Assembly (NCBI GenBank): GCA_964016885.1
Contig: OZ024743.1
Coordinates: forward strand, 163,680,001 to 163,744,000
DNA length: 64,000 nucleotides
Direction of reading: 5' to 3'
From: Eledone cirrhosa
Lineage: Eukaryota
Shown: in pieces, positions 48,157-60,594 of the stretch
Numbering within the stretch: position 1 is the first letter of the stretch
Layout of the letters: every line of letters starts with the position of its first letter
Made by a program: the position numbers and the translations under genes
The notes under the pieces: generated by a model
The model's input: the letters and a program-made list of their open reading frames with translations, nothing else
Told to the model about the DNA's origin: nothing
Database searches by the model: none

Positions 48157-49863
48157 AGATAGATAGAGATAGGTAGGTAGATGGATTGGCAGACATGTAG
48201 GTAGAAAGTTAGATAAAGAGACAGATATACAGCTAGACAATTAAATAGATATAGATATATTTATAGACTGTCTAATAGGGACAGCATGATAGATTGTTAT
48301 ATAGATAAATAGAGAAGTAGGTAAGTAAATAGTAGGTAGTTGAAAAGGGACTGAATGTGTGAATAGGAAACATGGATAGAAGGTTGAGAGAGAAACAAGT
48401 GTGTGTGTTCATGTATTGAAATGAAAATATATGTATCAGCTCCCTTCCCTAATTTTCAGACACACACACCTCCATTCATGCAAAGTTCTTTGATTATAGG
48501 TATTCTGAATCTCCCCCTACTCTTTAACTTTCTTTATTAGACTCTTTGGGGGCTTCTGCCTATGGATACAGTATTTTGGATTGAAGTGTGAATTTCAGCT
48601 CCTCAAAAGCAGTATCCATGTAATAGTTGTTGCTTTAGATTTAACCTACAACAATATTCTAAAAAATTTCAGCCTTTACATGAGTGTACATGGTATGTCA
48701 ATAATGCTTTAATGCCATAACATCTCATACTTCATGCTTGGATGATAAAAAAATATTCTTCCTGGCAGTATGTGTAGCATATATTTCATCACTTTCCCTT
48801 AGCCCTGTTTATTTTTTCCAGAATCAGAACGTACTATCTCTCCCTCTTTTATGATTAAGTGGGTAAAGAGAATAACTTAACGTTATCTAACCTATGCAAG
48901 CATGGAAAAATGGACGTAAAATGGCAATGATGATGTTGATATCTAATGTCAGACTAAATACATTGATATTCGTTCTGGCCCTCTGTGATTTCAGTTCAAA
49001 TCCCGTCAAGGTTTGTGAAACATGCAGCTGATAATTTGCAAAACATTTTGAAAATAATCAAGAATTTGAAAGAATTTCATAATGTAACTAAATTTCTCAT
49101 TATTAAGCTGATGTTTGGAATATAACAGATGACAAAATTATGATTGAAGTTTTTTTTTTAGATAAATATGAATATTTTAAAATAAACAAAAACTTCATAA
49201 ACTCTCATTCAACATTTATTTTCCTTGTTAACATGGATTGGAAGGCATTTAATCTGGGCTGCTGACCATTTGTACAAGCCAAGGACCTGCATCTCATTTA
49301 AATACATTTAACACTTTACAGAGTGTACTGGGTGCAGGTTATCATTGCACAGCACTAGGGAAGTTTGTCATGTCATTGAGACAACTGAAGAATTATCTCA
49401 GCCCTTTGTTTATCATGGTTTCTGTCACTAGATGCCCTTCTTACACCATGCCCTTCCTCATGCCAACCACTTTGCAAAGTGTACTAAGTGCATTTTATAG
49501 TGACACTAGAGAAGTTGTCATGTTTTTGACACAACTAAAGAGTCTTCTCAACTCTTTGTTTGGTATGATTTCTACAACTGGATGCCCTTTCTAACATCAA
49601 CCACTTTGCAGCATGTACTAAATGTGTTTACCAATTGAAATTTGTTCATGATATTTTGAACTCTACTGTAAATGGAAATAATGGCTAGAAGAATGTTCAA
49701 AGCGATAGCTAGCTGAAATTATATATTGTTAACATTCAACTTTGTGGTTGGCTAATGAATAATTTCTTTTTTTAGTTTCTAGCTGTTTTGCTGGTAACCA
49801 TTATAATATAAATCCTCTTTTCAATGTTATAGTTGCTGGAAGAAACAGTTATAAATTAGTTCT

Positions 49864-49906
<43 letters not shown>

Positions 49907-50389
49907 ATCATGTCACCAATGAGTTAACCTTTTTCAGATTACTGCCTCTGGCAACATTCTCCACTGACTATTACTATATAATAAGTTTTCTCCGTCTAAT
50001 AAATCCTATTCTTAAATTCTTAACTCTCTCATGCCTACAATTGTTTGTTTACTGTACACTTATCTATCTTTCTATCTATCAATTTGTCTGTCAGTCAATC
50101 TGCTTGTCTCTCTGTTTGACTGCTTATCTATCTGTCTATCTGGAAAAACCGACATAAATTGATAATGTGTGTGTGTTTCATTGATATATGATTAGTAAAC
50201 ATATTACAGGAATATGTCACCAACACATACCTCATGCGTGAAATTTGGCATAATTAACACACACACACATACACACATACGTGAATGTTCCCATTTAAAA
50301 TGGGCAAATTCTAAAAGAAAAGGCAACAGAAGTAATCCTGTAAGAATAATAAATGAATTGAGAATGTTCTGCTAGATATCTAATGAACT

Positions 50390-50660
50390 ACAACACAGAG
50401 TTGGGTACCAAAGGAATCACATATGATGTGAAAGGGAGAAGATTGCATTGGTATAGCCATGCAATGTGAATTGATGATGATCATTGGTTGAAGAAATGCC
50501 AGGAGTTCCAAGTAGAAGGAAGCTATAGAAGAGGATGTCCAAGAAAGACATGGACAGAGGTTGTGAAAGTTGATCTCAAAATGCTAAACTGGAGATGACA
50601 AAACCAAAAAAACAATTTTAAATGAAGGGTAATGGACAGGACACAGCTAACCCATGTGAG
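50390..50660 (+). mobile_element. RTE 3' fragment
   Basis: RRLHWY...WLKKCQE...PRKTWTEVV remnants. Confidence 0.8.
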
Positions 50661-50735
50661 CATAAAAACAATAAAAGCATTAACATTTTTATTCATTTCA
50701 GCTTATATTTGTATATTTGTATTTTCTTTTTCTAG

Positions 50736-50822
50736 ATCCCAATTCCATCACGAAACCGTTAGAATTTCATCTTGGATTTTTCTTAGGTCGGAGAGAGATG
50801 TATGAATTACTTAAAATAGAAG
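50736..50822 (+). CDS. Putative internal exon D (phase 1-1, 87 nt)
   Basis: Strong acceptor attttctttttctag|AT, donor GAAG|gtaggc. Peptide (D)PNSITKPLEFHLGFFLGRREMYELLKIE. Confidence 0.78.
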
Positions 50823-51134
50823 GTAGGCATGCTGTTTTATTGTTTTATTTAGTTTTACTTTGCAATGTTTTTCTTGAATTTTTTGTTGTTTTTTGGAGGG
50901 TGGGGTTAGGTACAACATGACCAAAAATGCTAAAAGTGAATGAAATGAAGATCTTGACTCATGTTTGGTGATCAACCAAATCATAACCTATGGTTGATGC
51001 TCAAACAGTTTTGCTCCATGCTCGGTAATCAATCAATCAGATTGTATCAGCAATGGAAGCATTGTTTCATTTGGTCACTGAAGATCAGGTTTTTTCTTTT
51101 ATAAGTGTTTAAAATTTTATGTTAATTTGTCTAG

Positions 51135-51420
51135 TGAAGGTGAGTGGCTTAATGGTTGTGAGTTCCCAGTAGCGTGTTGTATCTTTGAGCAAGATACTTT
51201 ATTTTACATTTTTACATTGCAAAATGAGTTGTACATGTAATTCAAAAGGCCAGTGTTGTTACACATTGTGACATGCTGAATCTCCCTACATTAAGAGTAC
51301 ATGTGTCTGTGAAATGCTTAACTATTTGCACATTAATTTCAAGAGCAGGCTGTTTCATTGCTCAAACAACTGGAATACTTGTCATTTGAACAAATAGAGG
51401 TTCCACACAACAATGTGTCT
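51135..51420 (+). mobile_element. Degenerate tRNA/CORE-like SINE
   Basis: gtggcttaatggtt head and tttgagcaagatactttattttacatt core. Confidence 0.6.
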
Positions 51421-51632
51421 CAATAAGAATAGTAGACATTTCCATTGAAATTGTTAAAGGCAGGAAGACCCTCAGACTGTAAAAACTAAATTGTTCCAAA
51501 AATATTCTGATAAACTTGTGATAGAATGCTGACCATCACATGGTTGTGAATCCTACTTGTTTTCATGGCATCAGCACTAATGAGGTTGACACGTCTTTGA
51601 CATGACTGAAATGTCATCCTTACTTGATCTAA

Positions 51633-54600
51633 CCATCATCATCATCACCACCATTTAACGTCTATCTTCCACGCTAGCATGGGTTAGACGGGGGTTGTCC
51701 CACTTGAGGCAAGGTTGGTCGGGTGACCGTGTCTCGCTCGTATAGGACTATCTGGCAGGTTTTCTATGGCTGGATGCCCTTAACACCAACCACATTTACA
51801 GTGTGGACTGTGTGTTTTGTTGTCATGACACCTACACAATCTCATTAGTTTGGACTGGATGTTGTGGTAGCAACATAACTTTATAGAGAAAGGGTGATGT
51901 TAGTGGGAGGATAGAGTAGGGGTAGTGGGTTGGGTGTATGTTTCGTTTGGAGGGGCCTACTAACTGTAGGTTAACTTTGCACATAGGGAAGGCAGGTCTT
52001 CTGTATTACTGCATGGCGCCAAAGATCTCGATCCAGTGACATTGTCTTAGAGAGGTGTAAGTGTGGAAAGTCGGAATTTATCAAGTCGTCCCAGGTTTTT
52101 CTGGGTCTACCTACTTCGTAACTTCCATCAATTTTGATCGCCCTGAACTTTTTTTATACAACTGTCGTCTTTCATGCGCATCACGTGACCATACCAACTT
52201 AATCTTCTCTCGAGTAAACAGCATCTGATCCCTCTTATTCCTAATTTCTCACTTAGTTCATTTATGTTTTGCCGCTCGCATGTATTACTATTACACATCC
52301 AACGGAGCATGCATCCTTCGTTCCTTTCCAGTCTGCGCAGGCCCTCTGCACACAATGCCCATGTCTCACTGCCATGTAACATTGCTGTTCGTATACAAGC
52401 ATCATACAATCTGCCTTTCATTTTTAGAGAAAAACCTTTTGTGGCCAACAGCGGTATAAGCTCTCTGAACCTTTTCCATCCCGTTCTAACTCTGGCTACT
52501 GTACTTTCAGAACACCCACCACCACTGCTGATTTTGTCACCCAGGTAACAGAAAGTGTCCACTATTTCTATAGAACCATCTGGGCAGTAGAAGGAGCTAG
52601 TATCCTGTGGGCACTTGCTACTTATTGCACCTGAGCATCGGCCACATATAAAATTTACGTTCTTAGATAGCTTGCCTGTGATCCCACTACATCTTTTATG
52701 TACCCATAGTTTGCATTTGGGACATAGAATGGAATTTCTACCTACTTCTTTCCTACATACTGAGCATGGCCATTTCCCAGAAGGCATCTGTGCTCTATTT
52801 TCCTTTCTACAAACTAGAACTTTAGTCTTAGAAGTTAACTTTAAGGCCTTTTGATTCTAGGCCATGCTTCCATGTTTGGAATTTCTTCTCTAGTTCCGCC
52901 ATAGATTCAGCTATGAGCGTTAGATAATCTGCATATGGAAGTTCCCGTGGGCAGCCAGTCCTAAACTCCTCTGTTATAGCCTGAAGGGCAATAATAAACA
53001 GGAGGAGGCTAATGACAGAGCCTTGATGAACACCAACTAGCTAAATTCTTCACTATATTCATTGTTAATTCTAACCTTACTGACTGTATCTTTATACATG
53101 GCTTGTATAGCCCTCACAAGCCATTCATCTACTCCTAGCTTTCTAAGAGCCCACCAGATAATGAAGCAGGGGACTCTGTCAAAGGCTTTCTCAAAGTCAA
53201 CAAAAGCTAAGTAGAGGGGTTTACTTTTAGCTAGGTACTTCTCCTGTAGTTGTCATACAAGGAAAAGAGCATCTATGGTACTTTTACCTGACACAAACCC
53301 AAACTGCATTTCATCTAGATGAGTTCGATCTCTGATTAGTTGCGCTATAACTCTTTCTGTGACCTTCATGACCTGGTCAACTAACTTAATGCCTCTATAG
53401 TTTCCCCTATCTAGAGCATCCCCTTTACCCTTGTAGCAGTTAATGATGATGCTGCTACGCCAGTCTTTCGGTATGACCCTATTCTGTATGACTTGGTTTA
53501 CTATCCGGGTGACCATAGTATGTCCCATCATTCCAGATGCTTTCAACATCTCAGCAACTATCTCCGAAGGCCCAGCCGCCTTGCCTGTCTTTATATCTTT
53601 GATTGCCTTACTTATTATACAACCACTAACTTGCACCACTGGTCTCTCTATTGGATCGATTTGGCGCAGACTATCTTTTTCCCATTTATTCTCATTTAGT
53701 AGTCTCTCGTAGTGACACTTCCAAGCTACCTTCTTATCAGTATCAGTGATCGCAAGTACACCATCATCATTACGGACACACTTCTCCCCGACAATATCAC
53801 AATTTTCCTCGACATATTGTCTTGCAATCCTGAACACCTCACGTTTTGGTCCTCGTGTTGTAGAACATGCTTGAACTTTCTATCCTCTGCTTCCCTTCTT
53901 GCAAGGTACACTTGTCTCCTAGCTTCTCTCCTGGCCACCTGATAGTATTCTCTAGATCCCTCATCCTGCCATACTTTCCAAGCCTGCTTTTTTGCCTTGA
54001 TTGTCTCCTCCACCTTACTGTTCCACCACCAAGTTACTCTCCTCCTGCCTATAGGTCTGCTCCAGCCACAGATTTCAGCAGGTTAACTTTCAGGAATTCC
54101 CACTGTTCCTCTATATTGTACGTCTCTAATTGCTCTTCCTTACTTTCAAAGGCATCAAGTAATATGCTTTTAAATTTGTCACTGGCTGTGAGGTTCTTCA
54201 GCTTCCATATTCTTCTCCTCAAGGTAGTCCTCCTCTGTCGTCGAGTACATCTAGTCCTGACTATAAGGTCACTAACTACTAGGCTATGTTGGGAGGTGCA
54301 TTCTTCACGGAGGAGGGACTTAGTGTTTACAACAGACACTCTGTCACGTCTTCTAGTAAGGTTATAATCTATCTGGCTGGCATGTTCCCCTGATCGATAG
54401 GTGATCAAGTGATTGTCTCATTTTTTGAAGTTTGTGTTACAGATAGTTAGGTTATTAGCGTCACAGAATTCCAGGATTCTGAAGCCTTCCTCATTTCTAG
54501 TACCAAACCCATAGCCTCCATGGATTCCATCATAGCCATCACTATGTTGTCCGCTGTGACCATTAAGGTCGCCAGCAATAATTAAGTAGTCGCTGTCAGT

Positions 54601-54985
54601 TATTTGGGAGGTAGTGTGCATTAACGACTAATAGAACCTGTCTTTTATAACGTCATGTAGGCCAGATTAGGGTGCATAAGCGGATATTATTGTCACAGTA
54701 GTTCTATTTAGAACTAGTCTTATTTTAATTATTCTGTCATTCACTCTATTTACGGCAATTACCTTATCTACCCACTTTTCAGCTAACATAATTCCTACTC
54801 CACCCAGTCCGTTGTCATTTTCCACCCAGAAAAGTTTATAGCATCGTTTTTTACCCCAATGAATCTAGCAGACCCACCTCTCCACAACAAACATCAACTT
54901 CTTTACGTTCAAGCATCTCTACAGCCTCATTTTAGCAACCTTTCAATGTGCCTACGTTCATGGTACCAACTCTGAAGTTTTGGAT
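51633..54985 (-). mobile_element. Near full-length RTE LINE (second family), disrupted
   Basis: ORFs 52128-52787, 53253-53837, 54049-54408 and 54418-54621. (CAT)n tail at ~51634. Confidence 0.96.
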
Positions 54986-55545
54986 TTCATTGGGTGGGTG
55001 GAATGGATGGGTTGGAGGGACAGGGAGGGGTTGATTTCCTTGCATTCTCGTCCAGCGGGAGGTGAATTTATCTGTGACATTGTCATTGAGTGTTCAGACT
55101 CTCCAAATTCCGCAGTCCATTTAGCAAACCAAAAAGCAACCAGGTCTAAACTTAAGGAGTAATAACCGAGGTGGTAGCTTTGCTATACAGATTGGTAAGA
55201 GAACTTACTATAAACCACTGAGTTATGATTGGACCAAATAGTGGTGTGTGGTGGTGGGAGGGCAGGAAATGGATAACTTTAGGAGAAGGTTAGTTTTTAG
55301 GAAGTGTCCAACAGAATGAGACATATTATTAAAAACGTGAAATAGTAAATGAAAATCCGAGAGAAAAAGAGATTAGATTCTAAACGGACATAAATAACAG
55401 ATTAAATATCACTGGCCAAATGGACTACGAAAAATGGAAAGACAGACAAAAGTGAGTTGCTTACATTCTGAAATTGACAATTCGGCAGCAAAGAGATTTG
55501 ATAAATTCTGGCCTTAGAACCCATATGTGTGTATATATATACTTA

Positions 55546-56288
55546 TCATCATCATCATCGTTTAACGTCCATGTTCCACGCTTGCATGGGTTTGGACGGG
55601 AGTTTTCCCACTTGAGGCAAGAGTGGTTGTCATTGCTCGCATAGGACTGTCTGGCGGGTTTTCTACGGCTGGATGCCCTTCCTAACACCAACCACATTTA
55701 CAGTGTGGGACTGGGAGGTTTTTACCGTGTTGCCTACACGGCCGCATTACAGTGTGGACTGTGTGTTTTTTTGTCGTGACACCTACACGATCTCATTTGT
55801 TTCGGCCTGGATGTTGTGGCACCAACATAACTTTACATTGAAAGGGGCGGTATGGATGGGGTGTTATATATATATATATAGCCTTACCTAAATATATAGT
55901 AAAACCTACTCCAGCCAGTAGGCATCTCTAACAAAATACACCCCGTCCCACCACCCCCACCCCCACCCGATCCACACCACCCCGTTCTATGTAAAGTTAT
56001 GTTGGTGCCGCGCCATCGAGGCCGAAACAAATGAGATCGTGTAGGTGTCACGACAAAAAACACACAGTCCACGCTGTAATGTGGCCGTGTAGGCAACACG
56101 GTAAAAACCTCCCAGACCCACACTGTAAATGTGGTTGGTGTTAGGAAGGGCATCCAACTGTAGAAAACCTGCCAGACAGTCCTATGCGAGCAAGACAATC
56201 ACTCTTGCCTCAAGTGGGACTACCCCCGTCCAAACCCATGCAAGCGTGGAACACGGACGTTAAACGTTGATGATGATGATGATGATGA
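55546..56288. repeat. Two head-to-head copies of an RTE-related non-autonomous element forming a long inverted repeat
   Basis: 55546-55860 is the near reverse complement of ~55970-56288. Confidence 0.93.
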
Positions 56289-56289
56289 T

Positions 56290-56667
56290 ATCAGTCCTGT
56301 ATGAGCAAGATATGGTCACCTGACCTAGCATTGCCCACATCAAGGCAACTCGTCTAACCGATGCTAACGTGGAAAATAGACGTAAAACGGTGGTGATGAG
56401 GATGATAAATATATATATATATATATAATGTTGATGTCACAAAACATCCAGCCCACACTGTAAAGTGGTCATGTAAAAGACACGGCACACACTGTAAATA
56501 TGGTTGGCATATAGGAAGGGCATACAGACATAACCAAAAAACAACCAGAAACACTCCTATATGAGTGAAACATGGTCACCTGACCCAACTTGCCTCTAAA
56601 TGGGACAAACCCGTCTACCCCATGCTAACATGGAAGATAGATGTTAAACGATGATGATGATGATGAT
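56290..56667 (+). mobile_element. Two further RTE-related non-autonomous element fragments with (ATG)n tails
   Basis: cctgtatgagcaaga...catgcta.c.tggaa.atagacgt.aaa motifs. Confidence 0.8.
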
Positions 56668-56819
56668 ATTTATATGTATGAGTATCTGTGTGGATATATA
56701 TGCATATGAAAAAAATCAACATCAGTCTTCTTTCTAAAGAAATGAATGTTCAAGGCTACAAATATTTATTTTTAAATGTTACTCAATCTCATTTTAACAC
56801 ATATACAAACATATACATC

Positions 56820-57168
56820 ATTTCATCATTTTCATCATTTCATTTTACGTCCACTTTTTCCCTGCTTATAAGGGTGGGACGGGAACTGATGCTGGCTTGA
56901 TTTCTACAGCTGGATGCCCTTCCTAACACCAACCTCATTTTACAGTGAGTGCTGAGTGCTTTTTTGCCGTGGCACCTCCACGACCACTTTGCAGTGGAAT
57001 GATATGGACCCCAGTCCCTATCATCTCATTTCTACAGCTGAGTAAACTGGAGCAATGTGAAATAAAGTGTCTTGCTCAAGGAAACAACACATCACCCGGT
57101 CTGAGAATTGAACTCACAACCTTTCGATTGCAAGGCCAATGCTCTAACCACTAAGCCATGTGCCTCCA
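56820..57168 (-). mobile_element. Complete tRNA-headed CORE-like SINE with RTE-derived tail
   Basis: Minus strand: A-box tggcttagtgg, B-box-like gagttcaattc, core ccttgagcaagacactttatttcacattgctccagt, then ttaggaagggcatccagc and gaaaaagtggacgtaaaatga. Confidence 0.88.
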
Positions 57169-57644
57169 TGCATGCTTGTATATATATTTCTTTGTGTATA
57201 TGTACACACACACACACATATTTATATATTCATATTTGTTTGATTAAAACTAAATATTTGTGGGTGGTTGTGTACATATGTTTACTTAGAATTAAACATG
57301 TATTTGTGATGTGTATATAAGCCATACCATCAACTTTATGTGTGAGTGGGATGAGAACCTCTGAACTGTCTAGGAGGGCAGTAACTTTGAATAAAAAAAA
57401 CTGACACAGGCCATAAGACAATCAGTGACACCATCAGATGTAATGATCATAAAAGATTTAGTTCAATAATCCCTACTGGGTTACAGCAAAATATAAACAA
57501 AGAATTGGTATGGAGGCAACCCAGCCATCGATTCATGGTCTGATGACATAAGCCGGCCATAGAAATACATATTATGTAATTGTGAAACATTAAAGGAATA
57601 TATTGGAATCCAGCCTTCTATTTTCATATACTGTATATATATAT

Positions 57645-57960
57645 CATCATTATCATCACCACCGTTTTACGTCCCTTCTTCCACGCTAGCATGGGTTAGA
57701 TGGGTTGTCCTGTTGTGGGCAGTGTCTGGTCGGCTGACCTTGTCTTGCTCATACGGGAACTGATTCTGGCTTGATTTCTACAGCTGGATGCCCTTCCTAA
57801 CACCAACCTCATTTACAGTGAGTGCTGGGTGCTTTTTTTCCGTGGCGCCTACACGTCCACTTTACAGTGTGGGCTGGGTGCTTTTTTGCCGTGGCACCTC
57901 TACGACCACTTTGCAGTGTGTGTGTGGGGGGGGGGGGGCATATTGTCTATATGCTTGAGC
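57645..57960 (-). mobile_element. RTE-related non-autonomous element / RTE 3' UTR copy
   Basis: Nearly identical to 30205-30530. Confidence 0.88.
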
Positions 57961-58089
57961 TTAGGATAAATGGAACAACCCCGAATTAATAAATGAATAT
58001 GAATCCGCGTGTTACCAAACACCCATGCAAAGCTTTAATCCAGAGACAGGAAGCAAACCCAACCAAAATTCACCCCATTCTATTAGTGA

Positions 58090-58280
58090 TGGCAAATGTC
58101 CAAAACTCCGAGTTGGAACCATCAATGTAAGCACAATGAAAGGAAGAGCAGGAGAAATTGTAGAGACGCTAGAGCAAAAGGAAATTGATGTATGCTGTGT
58201 GCAAGAGACTAGATGGAGAGGAGAGTCTGCTATAGTCCTCGTAGGCAAAAGTGAATGCTACAAATTTTTCTGCATGGGAA
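58090..58280 (+). mobile_element. RTE endonuclease N-terminal fragment
   Basis: LRVGTINVSTMKGR...CCVQETRWRG. Confidence 0.88.
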
Positions 58281-58964
58281 ATATATATATCATCATCATA
58301 CGTCTGCTTTTCCTTGTTTACAAGGGTGGAATGGGTCCTCTTCAGCACAGCATCTCTCCATTTGTCACGTAGTTGATGGACAAGAGAAAAGAGTACTCAA
58401 TACCAAAGTAGAGTTTAAATTTTTATTTAATATATCCTTGTTTATAACTAGTGTATGTATTTGTGTATATGCACACTCATACACACACACACATATGTAT
58501 ATCTGTATACATATTCATATATACATATTTGATAACTAAGTATGCGTATGTGTGTACTTATATATGTTTACATAGAGTTAACTATATATTTAAGTGTGTG
58601 TATGCATGCATAGTCCCGAAACTCCTGAGGGAGTTGTAGGAGCACTGTATTGACATATGGCATTGCTGGGGCATTTTAAAACCTGGCGGAGCCCAATCCT
58701 CTCCAGGTCTGAATAGAACAGATTTCTTCCAGGGAGGGAATGGAAGTGAGATAGAGACACAGAGGAAGAATCGACCCCAACACTAGACTGGTACTTTTTT
58801 TATTGACCTTGAATGGATGAAAGGCAAAGTTGTCGTCGGCAGGATTTGAGCTCAAATGAATACCGCAAAGCATTCTATCTGACATTCTAACAACTCTGCC
58901 AATTGATATGAAGGAGTGGGATGTGAACCTCTCATCATATGTGTATGTGTTATAGAGGCTTTTC

Positions 58965-59232
58965 AAAAGGCAAAAGAGGAATCAGATGTGAGCAAGAGAG
59001 AATTTTGTGCAAGTATAGACATGTGATGCATATGTATAATGATTGTTGTGTGAAGAATTACCTGAAGATGCTAGTGAAAGGAAGCTGCAGTAGAGGAATA
59101 ATGAAGAAAACTTGGGCAGATGGGATTGGAGCTCATCTCAAAATGATGAACCTCGCAGAGGAGATGACAAGGAGATGCAACAAGTGGAAGAAAGATCTGC
59201 TAGAAAAGCAGACATAAAATGATGATGATGAT
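58965..59232 (+). mobile_element. RTE 3' fragment with (ATG)n tail
   Basis: ORF 58939-59217 remnant and tail. Confidence 0.8.
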
Positions 59233-59949
59233 AAAGAGGGTGTGTGTGTTTGTGAGCAAATTTCTAGTCAGAAATTGCACATACACACCTTATTTGGTTT
59301 CCTGTAAATGACCGAATGATAAGAGAGACCTAAGCTGTCCTATTTCGTGGTCTTATTTAATCAATCAGGATTTGCTGAAGCAACGTTGATACACTGATTG
59401 CTTCTTCTACAAATAGAAATCTTGTACACAACAAACAGAAATTATCATATATACTCAAATATATTTTAGCTCTTTATTTACGTAGAATGGTGAAAATCCT
59501 CAAAATATTGACCTGAATATATGCCCACCTTCTCCAATCATTTTACAGTCGATTTATTTTTAGTCACATATTCCTCAGCTTATATTCAAATATATACAGT
59601 AATTCATACAGTATAAATTATTATTTTTGTTTTTTTTGCTTTTTTGAAGCTTTGTAGAAATAGTTTTGGTTTAACTCTTTCTTCGCTTGGTCCTTTCTAC
59701 AGTTGTGACATCAGAATGCATTCAGATTCAAATCCCACTTATAGATGTTTATGTGTTACTATAACAGTCGAATCCCATCTGTACTCGTGCTTTGAAGGAT
59801 GTTTATCTCTGAAGCTCAGGTTTAATCAGGAAGCTATGCTTACTTTGAACCAGTCAGGGTGTGTTTTATGAATAATCTTATCAACATGGTAGTTAGTTAC
59901 CAGTTACATATGAGAAATAAAACCACGTTTTTATAAGGAAACTTTTTTT

Positions 59950-60285
59950 AAATAAACATGGCATCAGGTAGTGAAAGTGGTTATATTTTCCAAGGCTTTA
60001 TAGAAACTGATGTAGCTGGAGCAGAAAAAAAGCAATGAAATATATTTGGAAAATGAAAAAAATTTATCAGATATTGATTTACTGTCTGAATTTGATGTTA
60101 ATGAAGATGTATCGATGATGAATGTGACGAAGACAAAAGTAGTCATGACAAACTGACTTTAGAATGGAGTTATCAGTTCTCAGAAGTTAATGTTAACATA
60201 TTCAAAGGAAATCCTGGACCGGTAAATATCTTAGACTGAGGAAAAAGAAATGGATTTTTTTCTTTCTATTATTTAATCCTGAATT
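59950..60285 (+). mobile_element. Possible piggyBac-like transposase N-terminal relic
   Basis: Acidic MASGSESG.IFQGF...W....F.GNPGP pattern with stops. Resembles 3670-3830. Confidence 0.4.
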
Positions 60286-60594
60286 AGCTTTCATCCTGAC
60301 GGGGATCAATAAAATAAAGTACTGGTAATGTACTGGGGTCGATTTAGTCAACTTTCCCCTTCCCTTCAAATTGCTGGCCTTGTGCCAATTATTTAATCCA
60401 TCTCAGCACAACATAAAAGCTTCAGCCTACGTGATGATGGGCAGATATGGAAGTTTATTAAGTCTGGTGAAACATGGAAAAGAGATACCAGCTGGTCTGA
60501 ACACACTGTACCCACAATAGCTGGCAATGAAAAAACTGTGGGAAACTAAACCAGAACAACCTGCCATCCCCTGCACAGCATCATAAACTGAAAT

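Noticed and set aside
15949-54367. Numerous 100-200 aa ORFs antisense to RTE copies (e.g. 15949-16551, 18682-19227, 31132-31746, 53867-54367)
   Set aside because: Shadow frames of LINE coding sequence with no independent evidence.
57090-57168. tRNA gene
   Set aside because: A/B boxes are present but the sequence continues into SINE core and RTE tail. It is a SINE head.
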